Shown here: positions 1 to 12,779 of the stretch, one piece after another
How the letters are laid out: every line of letters starts with the position of its first letter
Position numbering within the stretch: position 1 is the stretch's first letter
DNA from: Bigelowiella natans CCMP2755
Lineage: Eukaryota > Protista > Cercozoa
Length of the DNA stretch: 64,000 bases
Assembly: GCA_000320545.1 (NCBI GenBank)
Contig: ADNK01002544.1
Coordinates: 1 to 64,000, forward strand
Direction of reading: 5' to 3'
The notes under the pieces: model-generated
The model's input: only the letters and a program-made list of their open reading frames with translations
Database searches by the model: none
Told to the model about the DNA's origin: nothing
Position numbers and translations under genes: made by a program

Positions 1-164
1 AGAGGAAAATCGCGTGCCTGCCCTTTCTCTCCCGTTCCCCTCGTTTCATTTCATAGAACGAATTTTGTGAGAACCAAAAACTAGATTAGTCCTTATCATC
101 CGCACATTGATTGACTATTAAAGCGCTGTTAGCCCCTGTAGGAGGATAACAATTTATGTATTCC

Positions 165-208
<44 letters not shown>

Positions 209-1064
209 GTGTCAAGATATGGGACTTCTTCCAAGGCACCCCCCCCCCCCTTCCCTCCCCTGCTATCCCTCTCGCAGCAAATTACCGGGCGAAGATCTTC
301 GGTGTACGACGTCGTGAAGGGGAGGGTGCTGTGTCGTTAGGAAGATTTAACATTCCATTTACAACATGTCTACAGAGTGGCTTGTTTCTATTGCTCGTCA
401 CTGTGTTTTCAAATTCAAATGCAAAGTACATTGCTAGCCTATCTACCTACTGCAAACATGCTCTTAGACCACATATGAGCGAGAACAAACTGCCTCCGTC
501 TTCTTCCAATTTTCTCTTGACGGCATAAACTGAAGGAAGGATTTCAGCATGATGATGATGATGATGATGACGAGTGATGTAGTGGCTGGTAGACGTGGAC
601 AACACCACTGAACCTCCAAAAGCTAGAAGGACAAGGAGAGTTGCAACCAAAAAATTCAAAAAGAGCTTTGCTTAGCACACACACACACACACACATATAT
701 ACACACATATGTATATATATATACATATACATATGTACATGAATGCATGTACATGTACGTGTACATGCATGAACAACAGCATCGTCATTTTTTTGATTTG
801 TTACTCAAATTTACATGAAGCGTGTAGCCATGTCAATTGACTTTCAAAAAAGAAATAGCATTTTCCTTCCTTGTCATGTCATGATACATTTCTACACTGG
901 CAGCTGTGTGCTAGCACAGACATGTGTATGCGTGTACGCGCGGGAGAGCGTGCGCACGCACATGAGCCAAAATATTTGGCGGTAGTGCATACGTATTTAC
1001 ACATGCAATGTGGACAGCATGGCACGTGGCATTTGCAAACGATTCTCTTGTTAGGTGTGAGATC

Positions 1065-3605
1065 GACGGATGTGCAATGAAGTGATGCTAAATCTTTTCA
1101 ATGGTCATCCTAATCTAGCAACTTGTGGTGTCGCATGTGACACATCGCTATGTTGTGAAGGCACAGCAGCCTAGACAATTGTGCACGCACACACGCGCAT
1201 GCATGAGGTCATTAGCAGCTGCTAGAAAGTGGCGTGCGTGCACGCCAACTGCTAGACAACGCACAAATGCATTCGCGGCACACACGACACATGTGCATGC
1301 CACACATCTGTGCACATGCGATGGACAAATTTGGAACACTCGATGGTGAGACCTCAGAAAAGAAAAAATCTGAGGCATGCATCTCAAAATGGAGAAATGT
1401 TTGCAAACCACATCCATCAGACGAAAAAAAATCGAAATTTTCACAATGAAACCGAGAACTGGAGAAACACCTTCAGAGATGGAGAAGACAAAAAAGTTCA
1501 CAGCGACTCCTGTGATGGAGAATTCACCATGGAAGAGCCAAAAAAAATGCTCAATGCAATGTCTCCATGCAAGTCCCCAGGTGATGATGGTGTTCACCTC
1601 AATGTGCTGAAGAAAAGTGCCAAGTTGCACGAACTGTGGATGGAAGTCTTCAACACATCACGTGGATGGGGTGCTCGAGATCGTTCACGCAAAGCGGCCT
1701 TGTTTTGTCTCATTCCAAAACCTGGCAAAGAATTGAACACCCCTTGGAACGGAAGAACGATCCCCCTTCTCCAAATGGCTTCAAAAGTTGAAGACAAACT
1801 CATCGAACTTCGCCTCCGTGAAGCAATTCCACCGGAAAACATTGGCAAACATCAACATGCACTTGTGAAAAATGGATCTTGCGAAACAGCTTTGACCAAG
1901 ATGACACAGAGAATCGAAGATGGGGCACACAATGAAAAGCTTGCAGGTGCAATGTTGTTCACAGATGCCTCCAAAGCACATCCGAAGGCCTGGCATTCCG
2001 GCATGATGCGCAAATTGTGCGAAAAACATGAAATCAGGGGTTCCTTGTTGTCATGGATCGATGACTGGCTCAGAGATCGCACTGCCAGATTCAAACTTGG
2101 CAACACTGTGTCTGAGCACATGAATCTGGAGAGTGGAGTTCCAGAAGGCTCTTCCCTTGGCTGTTTTCCACTTGCAACGTGCCATGATGCACATGAATGC
2201 ATGAAAAGTGCTGATTTTCAAGTGCACTGTGATGATGTCACTCCATGCAAATCACTTTCTCCAAGGAGGTGGGGGAAAATGCAAAATGACATTCAGGAAG
2301 ACCTGACCAGAATGACAGAATGGTGCATGAAATGGCGGATGCGATTCAATGGAGACAAGAGCGGACATCCAATCATTGATGGAAGAAACACACCCCACCA
2401 ACGCCAAGCTTCGTGGAACATCAATCTGAATCTCCAAGGAAAGACAAAAAGGGTCGACAGCGGGAGGTGTCTGGGATTGGTCTTTGATGAAAGGCCAACC
2501 TTTGAAAAACGTGCTCTTGCTGCACACCTGAAGCTGCAGAAGAAGAGAAGGTTTTTGTCAAGATTGTGTTGTTCGAGATCCCTTGTGCCATCAAGTGTGA
2601 GATTGAAGTTTTGCAAATCATGGTTCATTGCGACCAGTGGTCAGTGGCTCCCACGTGGAGATCTCGAAAAAACTTGCGAACACAACAGGTGGATTCATTG
2701 GAATCACAAACTTTGAAAAGAATTTCAGGATCACCTGGCTCTGTTCCCAATGATGTGCCTCACGTTCTCAGCGGTGCACTGCCACCACGATGTCGTGCAA
2801 AAGTGCAATGTGCCAAGTCTTGGTTGCGCACTGGTGCTTGGATCAATGATGGTGATGGACGTGAAGCATGTGAAGAAATGTGCAATTGGAGCAGTTTTGG
2901 TTTTCACATTGAAGAATTCCAAAAACGCTGGAATGAAGCATCTCCACATCGCCGGCTCAGCTCAATTTCAAACGACTCACTGGATGATGAACCTCCTGCT
3001 GTTCTGACAACAAGAGAAGCACTCAAGAAAGATCTTGAGAAGCGCTCACAAAGTGATCAAATCCTCTGCATTCTCTGCCTTTGAGGAAGAATGGTCTGAT
3101 GATTTGGAGAGCCACGCAGCTGAAAAATCTTGGATTTCTCCCATCTTCTCAAATCACTGGCATCAGATCAAAATCACCAAGCATTGCAATCACATGGATG
3201 CGTGCCATTTGTGGGCTCGACAATCTTGGCAAATTCACGTTGTCCAGAGGACAATGTGAAGAAGCAGATGCCACACGTGACGTGTGTGGAGTCGTGAAAG
3301 ATGTGGATCATCTCCTTCAATGCGAGAAACACGAACATCAACAGCTCAGATTTCGCAATCAATTGAACGCACACCATCATGAATCGAAACGATGAGACAA
3401 AACTGCTTTCTGAGACAGAAAAAGAAGCAAGAACTGCTGCGCGCACTGCAAGACATCGACGACCGGATGTAGATGCTTTCAAATGCATGAAACACATGAT
3501 GGAAGAGACAAATAGATGCAACATGAGCGCTAGCTGTAGGCGCTGCTTTGCATAGCTACATTAGGATGACCATTGAAAAAATTTAATCAATTCATTACAT
3601 CCGTC
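1065..3605. mobile_element. Imperfect ~50-bp terminal inverted repeats (1065-1119 and 3555-3605) bracketing LINE copy A; probable non-autonomous DNA transposon hosting the LINE
   Basis: The reverse complement of 1065-1119 (GCTAGATTAGGATGACCATTGAAAAGATTTAGCATCACTTCATTGCACATCCGTC) aligns with 3555-3605 (GCTACATTAGGATGACCATTGAAAAAATTTAATCAATTCATTACATCCGTC). A third copy of the right end lies at 32130-32206. Confidence 0.7.
1320..3525 (+). mobile_element. 5'-truncated non-LTR retrotransposon (LINE) copy A: degenerate RT plus C-terminal zinc-knuckle region
   Basis: ORF 1310-2716 has LINE RT motifs (KSPGDDG, LIPKPGK, FTDASKAH, GVPEGSSLG, HCDD for YxDD, RCLGLVFD for KYLG). It continues through frameshifts in ORFs 2566-3084 and 3081-3395 (xDVCG..DVDHLLQC). 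It is collinear with the copy starting at ~61945. Confidence 0.95.
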
Positions 3606-4208
3606 TCATATGTACGCAAGGCAGCAGTGGCTGCTACAGCGCCTGACATGTATGTGTATGTGTATGTATATATATATGTATATATATATACATGTACATG
3701 CATATATACATATATCTAATTGATGAACCTAGTGCATGTATATGTTTAGAATAAAATAAGAAATCTTGGAATAAATAAAGTATCTCTATTTCGCCGACTC
3801 AACTCAATTACAGACAACCTACTAGCTAGATGACATGAGCTTCCTGCTACATTATTCGAACGACAACAGGAGCACTTAATTAGCTTGTGTCTGCTATATA
3901 AGCTAGATTTAATTATAGGTTTTTTAAAATTCGTAATCTGGCTAGTATAAGAAACAATTTTGCTATCACAGCAACATATATGGCGTAACTCTAACTGAAA
4001 ATAACAATGATTCACAAGATTTGTAAAACTATTTGGTTGAAAATTGGCATTTAGGAGGAAGCCAATTACCACCAGCATGCCGCCACGCTTACAAATATTT
4101 GCGAAGAGTGGCATTGTGGCATTGCATGTGTTCTGTCTTTAGATCATGCATGACCTGGTGTAGGAGATTCTCTGTGTTGTCACTTAACAAATAAGCAGAT
4201 TTAGTAAT

Positions 4209-7200
4209 TCAGCTGACCACGCAGCATTTCTTAAGGTCTTCACAGCCGCAGCAACTACAGCAACCAGCTTTACAGAGGCAGTCACAGCACGTACCATCAA
4301 TTTCTTCTGATTCCTTAGTGTCATAGCCGGCTCTAATTCCGTCTAAGCACTTATATCCTTTTTTTTCCAGTTCTTCCACCCAACATGGATGTACCCAGTG
4401 CCAAGTTTTGGCGTCAGGGGACTGAACCCTAGCAATTTTAATACCCACCAATTGTTTTAAAGTTTTCTGTTATAACACAGCAAATTGTTACTTGTTTGAT
4501 GGGGAAACCCTTTTTGCAACGCCAGAATAACACAAGAGAACTTGTATCGTAAAACATTTTGAATTTATTTTCATCAACATAGCTAAAAACAATAAAGCTT
4601 GCATTTTTAATAATATGCACATCTGCACTGACCCCATCAGTTGTTCTCGGTGTCTTCTTCGTGTCTTCTGGCTCCAGCAGCATTTTCATCAATTTGTATG
4701 CGCCACCAACAACTGATAAGGCTTTATTTTGCCCCATAATATTATTTACCATGGCACTGGTTGGAGCATCCTCGTCCAATTCGTCCTCCATCTGGTCTTC
4801 AATGTCACCCTGGCGTGGGTAGAATTTTCGAATTGTAAGAAACGTGGATGTAGGTGTGCAATCGTAGCAAATAGAAGAAGAATGTTATCTGTAATATCGT
4901 GTGAGTTAAAATAAAAATGCGACCTTTTGTTCTTCAATGAGAGCTGAAGAGTTCATCAAATCTTTTGCCATTCTGCGACATTCTTCGCTATCTATGTTCA
5001 CTTCACCCAATCCTGGAATCTTCTGAGGAAACAGTGCACCAACACCGACAACGGTTGAGGCAGCTTTTGCCAGAAGAAGAATAGCATTGAGAACTTGAAT
5101 AAGAGGCAATAGCCTTGTGAGGTTCTTCCCAGGTATTTGAAGGTTTATAGGTTCATGCAAAGGGTTTTTTAAAGGAGGCTTATTTAAAAGTTTTGGACCT
5201 TCGTCGCATGCGTAAAGATGAAAGCTTTTATACAGATCGAGTTTATCTAAAGCTTTTGCTTTGAGCTTATTGAACCATTCCATCATCCCTTTTTCCTCAG
5301 CTCGTTCGGGGATGATTATTAAGTAGGTTGGTATATACTGAGATTCCTTATTGAGTGTACAATTGATGATCGTATCGCAAACCTTCGCTAATCCCTCTTC
5401 CAAAGCGACTTGCACTTGATCGATACTATATTTCATGCTACTTAAAGCTTCCATAATTTTTTGTAGGTCAGGGTTTTGAGCGAATTTCGGATTCGCCATT
5501 ACATTCGATAAAAGATTTTGGACATAGGTCGTCGATTGATAAAATTGAAGGTGCTGGTCCTTGTGGATAATTTCCTGAATTTGTAGCTTGTGAATGCGAT
5601 TAGTAATGATCCAATTTTCCATCTTGATATTTACCATCCTGACTTGGCACCGTTCAATTACCTGATACACAATCTTCCGGTCAATCTGTGTAAGTTTACC
5701 TCTATCGGCCTCTGGAATCTTGTCGATATCGTCTTTTGAAAGGCAGGAAACTAAGCTTAGCAAAGCTTGTAACGCGTTGTAACCTAAGCGGTTAATTTCT
5801 GGTTCAATTCTCCAACTCCAGAAGAAACGAATGGTCGGGGCAGTCAACCCAAGAATTCCATCATCGTCTTTAAGTTTTTTTTCGAAGTCTGACAGACTTA
5901 ATCGCCCTCTTCCCACTAAATTCTTCCAATAATCTCCGTTTATAGGATACCGCAGAAAAAGGTGCTTGACTATGATAGTAAGAATTCTAGCATGGCTGAA
6001 CCCCTGCGCTATTTCGCCTTTGAAGTGATAAAGAAGCAACGCCCAGAGCTCTTCAAAGTTCTCAAGCCTCACTTTCGATTGAGGTCTGAATAGCAAGAAC
6101 CACATTTGACGAAGCTCGTAGTTGAATTCCTCTGAGTCTTTGTGCTTCATATATTCTTCATAAGTCAACAGCTCGGTGTTTTTCTTTGTAAACCCCCTCC
6201 ACCAGATTCCTGGGGACCTGTATTCATGGATACGAATCCAGAGGTGGTGCAGGAGGTCCTTTTTGTCAGCATCTTCGACAGTTCTATTCAGGTATTTTTT
6301 TACTTGCGTGGCATAGAAACACGAAAAGGTCTCAAATGTGATGCGCTCCTTTCCCTCTCCTGCCTGGTCTCCTGCAAACCTCGTTAGAGCTTCCCAAATC
6401 CCATCGACAGTTTGTGAATCTACCATTTTGAAATTGGTCAAAAGATCGGAGAGGCATTTCTTGTCGTTGTTGGTGAGCGTTGACATTTTGCGAAGATTCA
6501 TAGATTGCCAGACCTTTTTGGACGTGTTAGCCCGTTTATACCACTGACGATATAGGACTACGTATCTATCCTTTTCGAACCATTCTTCCGGGTACGCTAT
6601 TCCATGTCGACTGAGTGAGTAAGCCCACCAGTATGAGAAATATTGCTTTTGGATAAACAAATCATTAAATCGAATTTTCCCCAAAATGTCCTTGAAAAAT
6701 TCTTTTCCTGGCTTTAAAACAACGCCAATAGTTTTCTCGTCACCAATCATTTTTTTTAGATCCTGAAACGTATTAAGAATTTATTGCATAAAGCATGGAT
6801 GTAAATTTACGTGCGCAAGTAACCACAAGGAAAATAATCATACACACACATGCAGCAGTGCCCCAACACAAATCATTGCGAGGACTTGTCAGCATCCTGA
6901 TGGCGGTGAGTATCACAATAGGCTAATATTCTATGGTAGATAATTGGAGCATTACTTATTGGTAATAATGATACAGACCTTTAGGATTCTCTGCTCTTGG
7001 CTAACGCCTGGTTTTTTTGGGATCTTATCCCAAAAGCTCTTTCCAGTTATGTCACCGTCAAACAGTTTGAACAGCTGTTCGATTATTTCCTTGTCCTTGA
7101 TAATAGTGATCAGAAGAAGTTAGCGCCTCATTAAAGCAAATTACACACGTGATATGCGTAGTAGCAAAGCGGATTAAATTAGGAAGCATTTTAATTGCGA

Positions 7201-10200
7201 ATCCCAGGGTTGGTAAATTACCTCGGTAAATTTTGCTTTTGGAACACCGGGGATTGGGGTTTCTCCAAGATTTGGTTTAGGCTTAGGTTTTGTACCTTTT
7301 TTCCATTTCCTGTTATCATGTGATCATTTTGAGTAACTAATCGAATTTGATGAGATCTCAATGTGACAGATTCGAAAATAAGCCATGGAATATCACGAAC
7401 TACCATCACCGAAATCGTATAGTACGCCTCATGTGATACTACACTAACCTGATCATTTCGAGCTTCTTCCTTGCTCTATCTTTCTTTTTCTTTAATTCAT
7501 CCTCCTCACTGTCATTATTGCCGGGGGGGTTTTCATTTTTTGGATCTTTTTTATCATCTTTATCTGCACTTCTCGGATCAGGAACCGCGCTCGCAGCAGC
7601 TATCCTAAGGATAGCCTCCTTCGTTATTTTAGAAGTGCATTTTTTGCCTCCGCATTGAGAGCCGAGGGCACGTAGTACCCAAGTTCCTTCATGGTAACCG
7701 AGCTCACAAAAAATCAATCCCCGAGTTTCAATATTGCCGTCTAATTTCATTTCGCGCTGAGCACCATGCATCAGAGATTAGAAATGTGAATCTAATCAAA
7801 TTTCTACTATACTGGGTATTGTATAGATCAAGATTGTTGCGACCCAAAAACAAAAAATGATGCATAATATCGATAGTTGTCATCGTCTCCCTAGTGGCAT
7901 GATCGCAATAGCACAGTATTTAATTCAATATCTAAGAATCTTCAGTTATGGTATTCGTACTTACCACGATCTTAGGCTTGTACTTCGCAAGGACGCTATC
8001 TTTTACCCCCCCAACCATTTTCACATATGCTTTCCTGACTGAATTCCTGAAAGACTTGTTGTCGTCGTTAAATATGTTAATAACAGCATAGAGCTTAACA
8101 CCATCCTCCTTTTCATCAAGGGCTTTCTCAACTGCGTCTAGATCAACTGTGATGGTTTCCAAATCGCCAGTTCCCTCGCCAGATATGTTATCTCCAGAAA
8201 AACTTATTCCATACTGCTCGCTCTCCGGGTTACCAAAGTAGACACTCTCCACAATTAGGCCTTTACGGACAATCACCAAACCCGAATCCAAGTCGACTCT
8301 CTCATCACATTTCCATCCTAATGCCAAGCGGAATCGTTTTAGCCCAGCTGGAAGTGTAGCTTTATCCTTCTTACGCAAAATTAGAGGGGTTTCCGGGTCT
8401 AATGGAATTGTAATGCCGCCGGGATGTGTTGGGGTATTAGGTTTGTCTTTCGTGTCCGAGTCCGTGTCCGAGTCCGTGAACGAGTCGATGACATTGTCAA
8501 CATAATCGGTATTTCGAACGTATGAAACAATCTGAAGGAATGTGATGAACATCTGCATCGATATCTTACCGATCTGCTGTGTGTCAGCCCACTTCCAAAG
8601 AACGAGAATTTCCTTTTCGTGACTCGGCGCGATACCGCAACAGCAAAATATACCATCTCTAAACTGGGTATATCTCAAGTAAGGCATATCGAAAGGGCGA
8701 TCGGTCAAGAAATAATGCTCCAACTTTTCTGAGGAGTCTGAGATCTTTGCAATAATTCTATAAAAGGTATAGTCCTTAGCATAGTCAAGCATATCCTGGG
8801 TTACTATTTTATCGCTGAACATGGCGGAGTGAATCTGCTTATAGATGAGAGTTCGGAGTAATTTAATCCATCGCTTGAACTCAAGGAGAGTAACAAATTC
8901 ATGAGTAACGACGCCGTCCGAATTGGCAAGCTCCCACATTTTTGTCATGATATTGTTATCACCCACCCCGGCTTTGGTCATAGCATCTTTTAATTCTATG
9001 AATGACAACTTGCCGTCGTTGTTTTCATCGCTTTTCCCGAAGGCATCAGGGCTATACAGGCTCCTGAGTATCTTTCGTGCAGCATCCATGAATTGCGAGT
9101 CATTGATATAATCATCCTGATTGAACTCAAACCTTATTTCATTGTTGTCAATGGTAGATTTGGGCTTGGGGTCATCCAAATCGATTATATATTTGCCCGT
9201 CAAAAATTTTCTGATTCTTCGAATCCACAATTTGAAAGTATTATACTGAACTCTTCCCCTTCCGTCTGATAGGTTTTCCCAGATCTCATCTCTTAACTTC
9301 GACGTCAGTTCGTTTTGATTGTGCGAATCTAAAGCTCTGTGAACTTCATTTCGAGTAATAAGACCTCGAGAATCCGTGTCAATCTCTAAGAACGTAGCGC
9401 GAGGGTTTTTCATCCATTTTGGAATAATGGTTTCTAATGCATCTCGACATTCCCGGGTCATATACGGTGGCAAATCTACGTTGAAGACCATACCTAGATA
9501 CGTCTCAAAGGCTAGGTAATACCACCGGTAAATCTCAAGTTTGCTCGCGACTTTCTCATGGAGAAGCTGTATATTTAAAATTATATTGTTTCAAAAGGAT
9601 TGATGTAATAAAATACTAGAATCTGTAAGGGTTTAGTATTACCACACGGCTCCATAGTAACTCTGTAGTTTCCCTAGTCACTCCCAGGACTCCAGTTGCC
9701 TTCAAATTGGCAGCAAAAACTTTAACATCGATATCGTCCTCGGAGCTTCCTTTAGATAGGTCTTTCCATGCATCTGCTGGGGTTTTCCAAATCTTTGATA
9801 GCTGATGTGTAGCAAGAAATTCAAAATTCTAACTTAAACCAAGGTATCCCATTTAATATTATATCAGCCGACAAAAATAACCAACTCATAAATGCGTTCA
9901 TTCTGTAGGTAACTAACCTGTGTCACTACGCTCACACAAAGCGTATGCGCATCTAAATCGGGATCTTTTACTCCAAGATAATCGAACAAAATTAGCTTAT
10001 ACCACATGGTAATACCCTGAATTTATATGATACCAAAATATCGTCACGGAGAGCTTACATATCGGCACCGCGAGTATATTCCTTGGTTTCATTATTAAAG
10101 GGAGAGAATATTTAATTTTACCTTCTTAGATACTTCATCTTCAAAGTTTGAACAGACGTAGGCCCATAGAACTTCCTCAGTTTTTTCATTTATTGGCACT

Positions 10201-11221
10201 CCTACACGTATGTCACTGTTATAAATTCTAAACGATTTAAGGTGAATTCCAGTGTTTATTCTACGAAAATCAATAAAATTAGAAGATATTTAAGAACCTA
10301 TCATGAGCCAGGCTTTGTGAAATTCATCCCGCTCGATGTACATTTTCGTCCTATATTGTGCTTCTTCCATAGCTTTCCAAGCATCAACTGGCTTTTTCCA
10401 AGTCTTCGACATCTAATTGAGTGAAAAAAATTATAATAAATCAAACATTCTTCTTGCATGTCTTGGAAGACTACTAGTACGTTAAAAAAAAGAACCTGAT
10501 CCACACATTTATGAACTTTACTTTTATCCTCTGGGCTAAGCTTGAAGGGATTTTTGTGCAAGTTCGCTGATGAGCTTTTACGATCCAGGATATTCCTCCC
10601 GTGCATATTTCCTCTGTATTTTAGGCCTTTCATCGCTTTTTTGAAGTGCTGAAATATAATTAACGTTAGGATAAACTCATATTATTTGTAAAGATTTCAT
10701 GGCAACCTTCAGCGACATTCCTTCTTTACCAATTTTGTTTTTTTTTCCCTTTTTATCCTTTTTTTCTGCTGCCTTCCAGACCATGTCAACGATGTTTTTT
10801 GCAGTCTCAGAATTGTATAGGTCGGAATCTATCGTAAAGACCAAAAAAAAATTATTTGTTTAGGATCAAAATAGAACTGCGGGTGTAACCTCGGCGGAGA
10901 GCTTGCAAGAACTCCTTTTTCGTGAGCCGGCCGTTGCCGTCCTTGTCGATTACCTGGTGGGGAGGGTTAAACGGGCGATTATACAGTGCTAATGTCATGC
11001 TTCCCTTCGCATCAGATTAGTTGTAGAGTCTCTTTACCCGGAAAGATGTAACCACTGAACTCCATCTTTGCATGAGCTGCGGAGAGGATGTGCACAACAG
11101 AGGGTGAGTTTTTCAGAAAGCTACATGCGAATATAAGCATGGCGAGACAGCAGGGGCTGATGCACGTGGCACAGACATCATCGAGGCATTCTTCCTTGGT
11201 GAAGGTCTGCGTAGAGGCCAT
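4209..11221 (-). CDS. Multi-exon gene: EF-hand repeats + TerD-like domain + long helical region + Cys-rich tail ending in a CaaX box
   Basis: EF-hand loops DKDGNGRLTKKE (~10920-10950), DTDSRGLITRNE, DENNDGKLSFIE and DTQQIGKISMQ. TerD signature LALGW..VDLD...VYFGN...SGDNISGEGTGDLETITVDLD (~8340-7960), completed by GLIFCELGYHEGTWVLRALG (~7730-7660). Large exon 4921-6763. Last exon ends KKCCVVS* (TGA 4209-4211). GT-AG junctions link the exons; exact 5' exons are uncertain. Confidence 0.75.
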
Positions 11222-11528
11222 ATTTTCCCAGCTTGCTTCCGTGGGTGATGTGAGCGAGGTTGGGCGTCGGCAGGGCGAGCTGGTGTTTCGCGGTTTGGTA
11301 GTCGTTTTTCCTCAGAGGCCAAATTGTTGGCAGACTAGCATACGAATATATCTTGTTTTATGAACGTTTCGTTTCTTCTTACGTTTCCGATTTATTACGT
11401 AGTAGAAAGTAGAGAGCTATAAGCAAAACTAGTGTCGAAAGCGAAATCTTTATGCAAAAATAGTGTCAATTGGGATCACCGAGGATTTACCGGGGATATA
11501 TACCCCTAATTTCCCTAATTTCTCCATC

Positions 11529-11725
11529 AAGAAATAACCAGGTTGTCGCAGTAAGAAAATACTCTATTCGGAAAAAAAGAAATAACCAGGTTGTCGCAGT
11601 AAGAAAATGCTCTATTCGGAAAAAAAGAAATAAGCAGGTTGTCGCAGTAAGAAAATACTCTATTCGGAAAAAAAGAAATAAGCAGGTTGTCGCAGTAAGA
11701 AAATACTCTATTCGGAAAAAAAGAA
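11529..11725. repeat. Minisatellite, 4 x 48 bp
   Basis: Unit AGAAATAA(C/G)CAGGTTGTCGCAGTAAGAAAAT(A/G)CTCTATTCGGAAAAAA repeated head-to-tail with no spacers, about 300 bp upstream of the EF-hand/TerD gene. Confidence 0.95.
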
Positions 11726-11869
11726 GTTCGGAATCTGCACTTCTCTCACTCTATCCTTTCCCTCGGTCTGTGCTCACCCCCCCCAATGCCAGGTAAATTC
11801 TATCTCCAAACAAGGCACAGACAAGGCATACAGTATATTTTTTAACGGTTTATGCTAAAGTTGTCTATC

Positions 11870-12419
11870 TATTATATGGTGTAAAGTTTATTTTGATTTT
11901 TGTGTGTAGTATCCTATGATAGCTATCTTTTTAACCCATCCTTCCCCCTCCTCCCTCCCCCGTCCCCCTCCTTTCCATAGTCCTACTCTCTCTCCTCTTC
12001 TTTTTCTGCCTTTTTTTTCTCGAAAATATACTAGAAGTATATCTAATGTAATTCATTTTATACGTATATATGTATGTGTGTGTTTGTGCGTGTGTGTGTG
12101 TGTGTGTTTATGTGTATGCTTATGCTTGTATGTGTACGTTTACTTGTTTCTTTTTATGACATAGAAGACCCCAAGTCCCTCTCGCAATATATTCTGTACA
12201 ACAACTAAATCACATGATATAGGTAACAAATAAATATACAATGGAAAACCATGATACGTGTAGCATAAGAAGATGATAGCTATTTTTTTTTTAATTCCTC
12301 TCTTCCCCCTCCTCCTCTCCATACTCCTACTCTCTCTCCTCTTCTTTTTCTGCCTTTTTTTTCTCGCAAATATACTAGAGGTATATCTATCTGATGTAGT
12401 TGATTATATATGTAAATTG

Positions 12420-12496
<77 letters not shown>

Positions 12497-12779
12497 TGTG
12501 TGTATTGTGCGTTTACTTGTCTATTTTTGTGATATAGAATAGCTCAACTCTCTCTCGTAATATATTCTTTACAACACCAAAAATACCCCTTATAGGTAAC
12601 AACTAAATGAACACTGGGAAATCATTATGCATGTAGTATAAGAAGATGATAGGTATCTTTTCATTTCTAACCCCTCCCCCCCTCCCCCTCTCACGCTTTT
12701 TTTGTTCCTGCTTCTTTTCCTCTACTTTTTCTGCCTTTTCTTCCTTTAAATATTCTAGAGGTATATCTAATGTATTTGA

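Noticed and set aside
200-660. Possible exons at the window start
   Set aside because: Exon-like fragments lie between microsatellites, but I could not establish a recognisable product or a consistent frame.
1310-2716. Alternative genetic code or naturally Tyr-free RT with an HCDD active site
   Set aside because: The sister copy has C or retained Y at the same positions, the loss is frame-independent and includes non-coding DNA, and host genes use Tyr and standard stops normally.
1255-3469. CpG-methylation decay or classical RIP as the cause of TG/CA excess
   Set aside because: CpG remains common in these blocks, conserved positions are Tyr (TAy) rather than Arg (CGy), and RIP would increase TpA rather than abolish it.
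11529-11725. CRISPR-like array
   Set aside because: Repeats are contiguous with no unique spacers, the context is eukaryotic and there are no cas genes. It is a minisatellite, and ORF 11470-11796 is a by-product.
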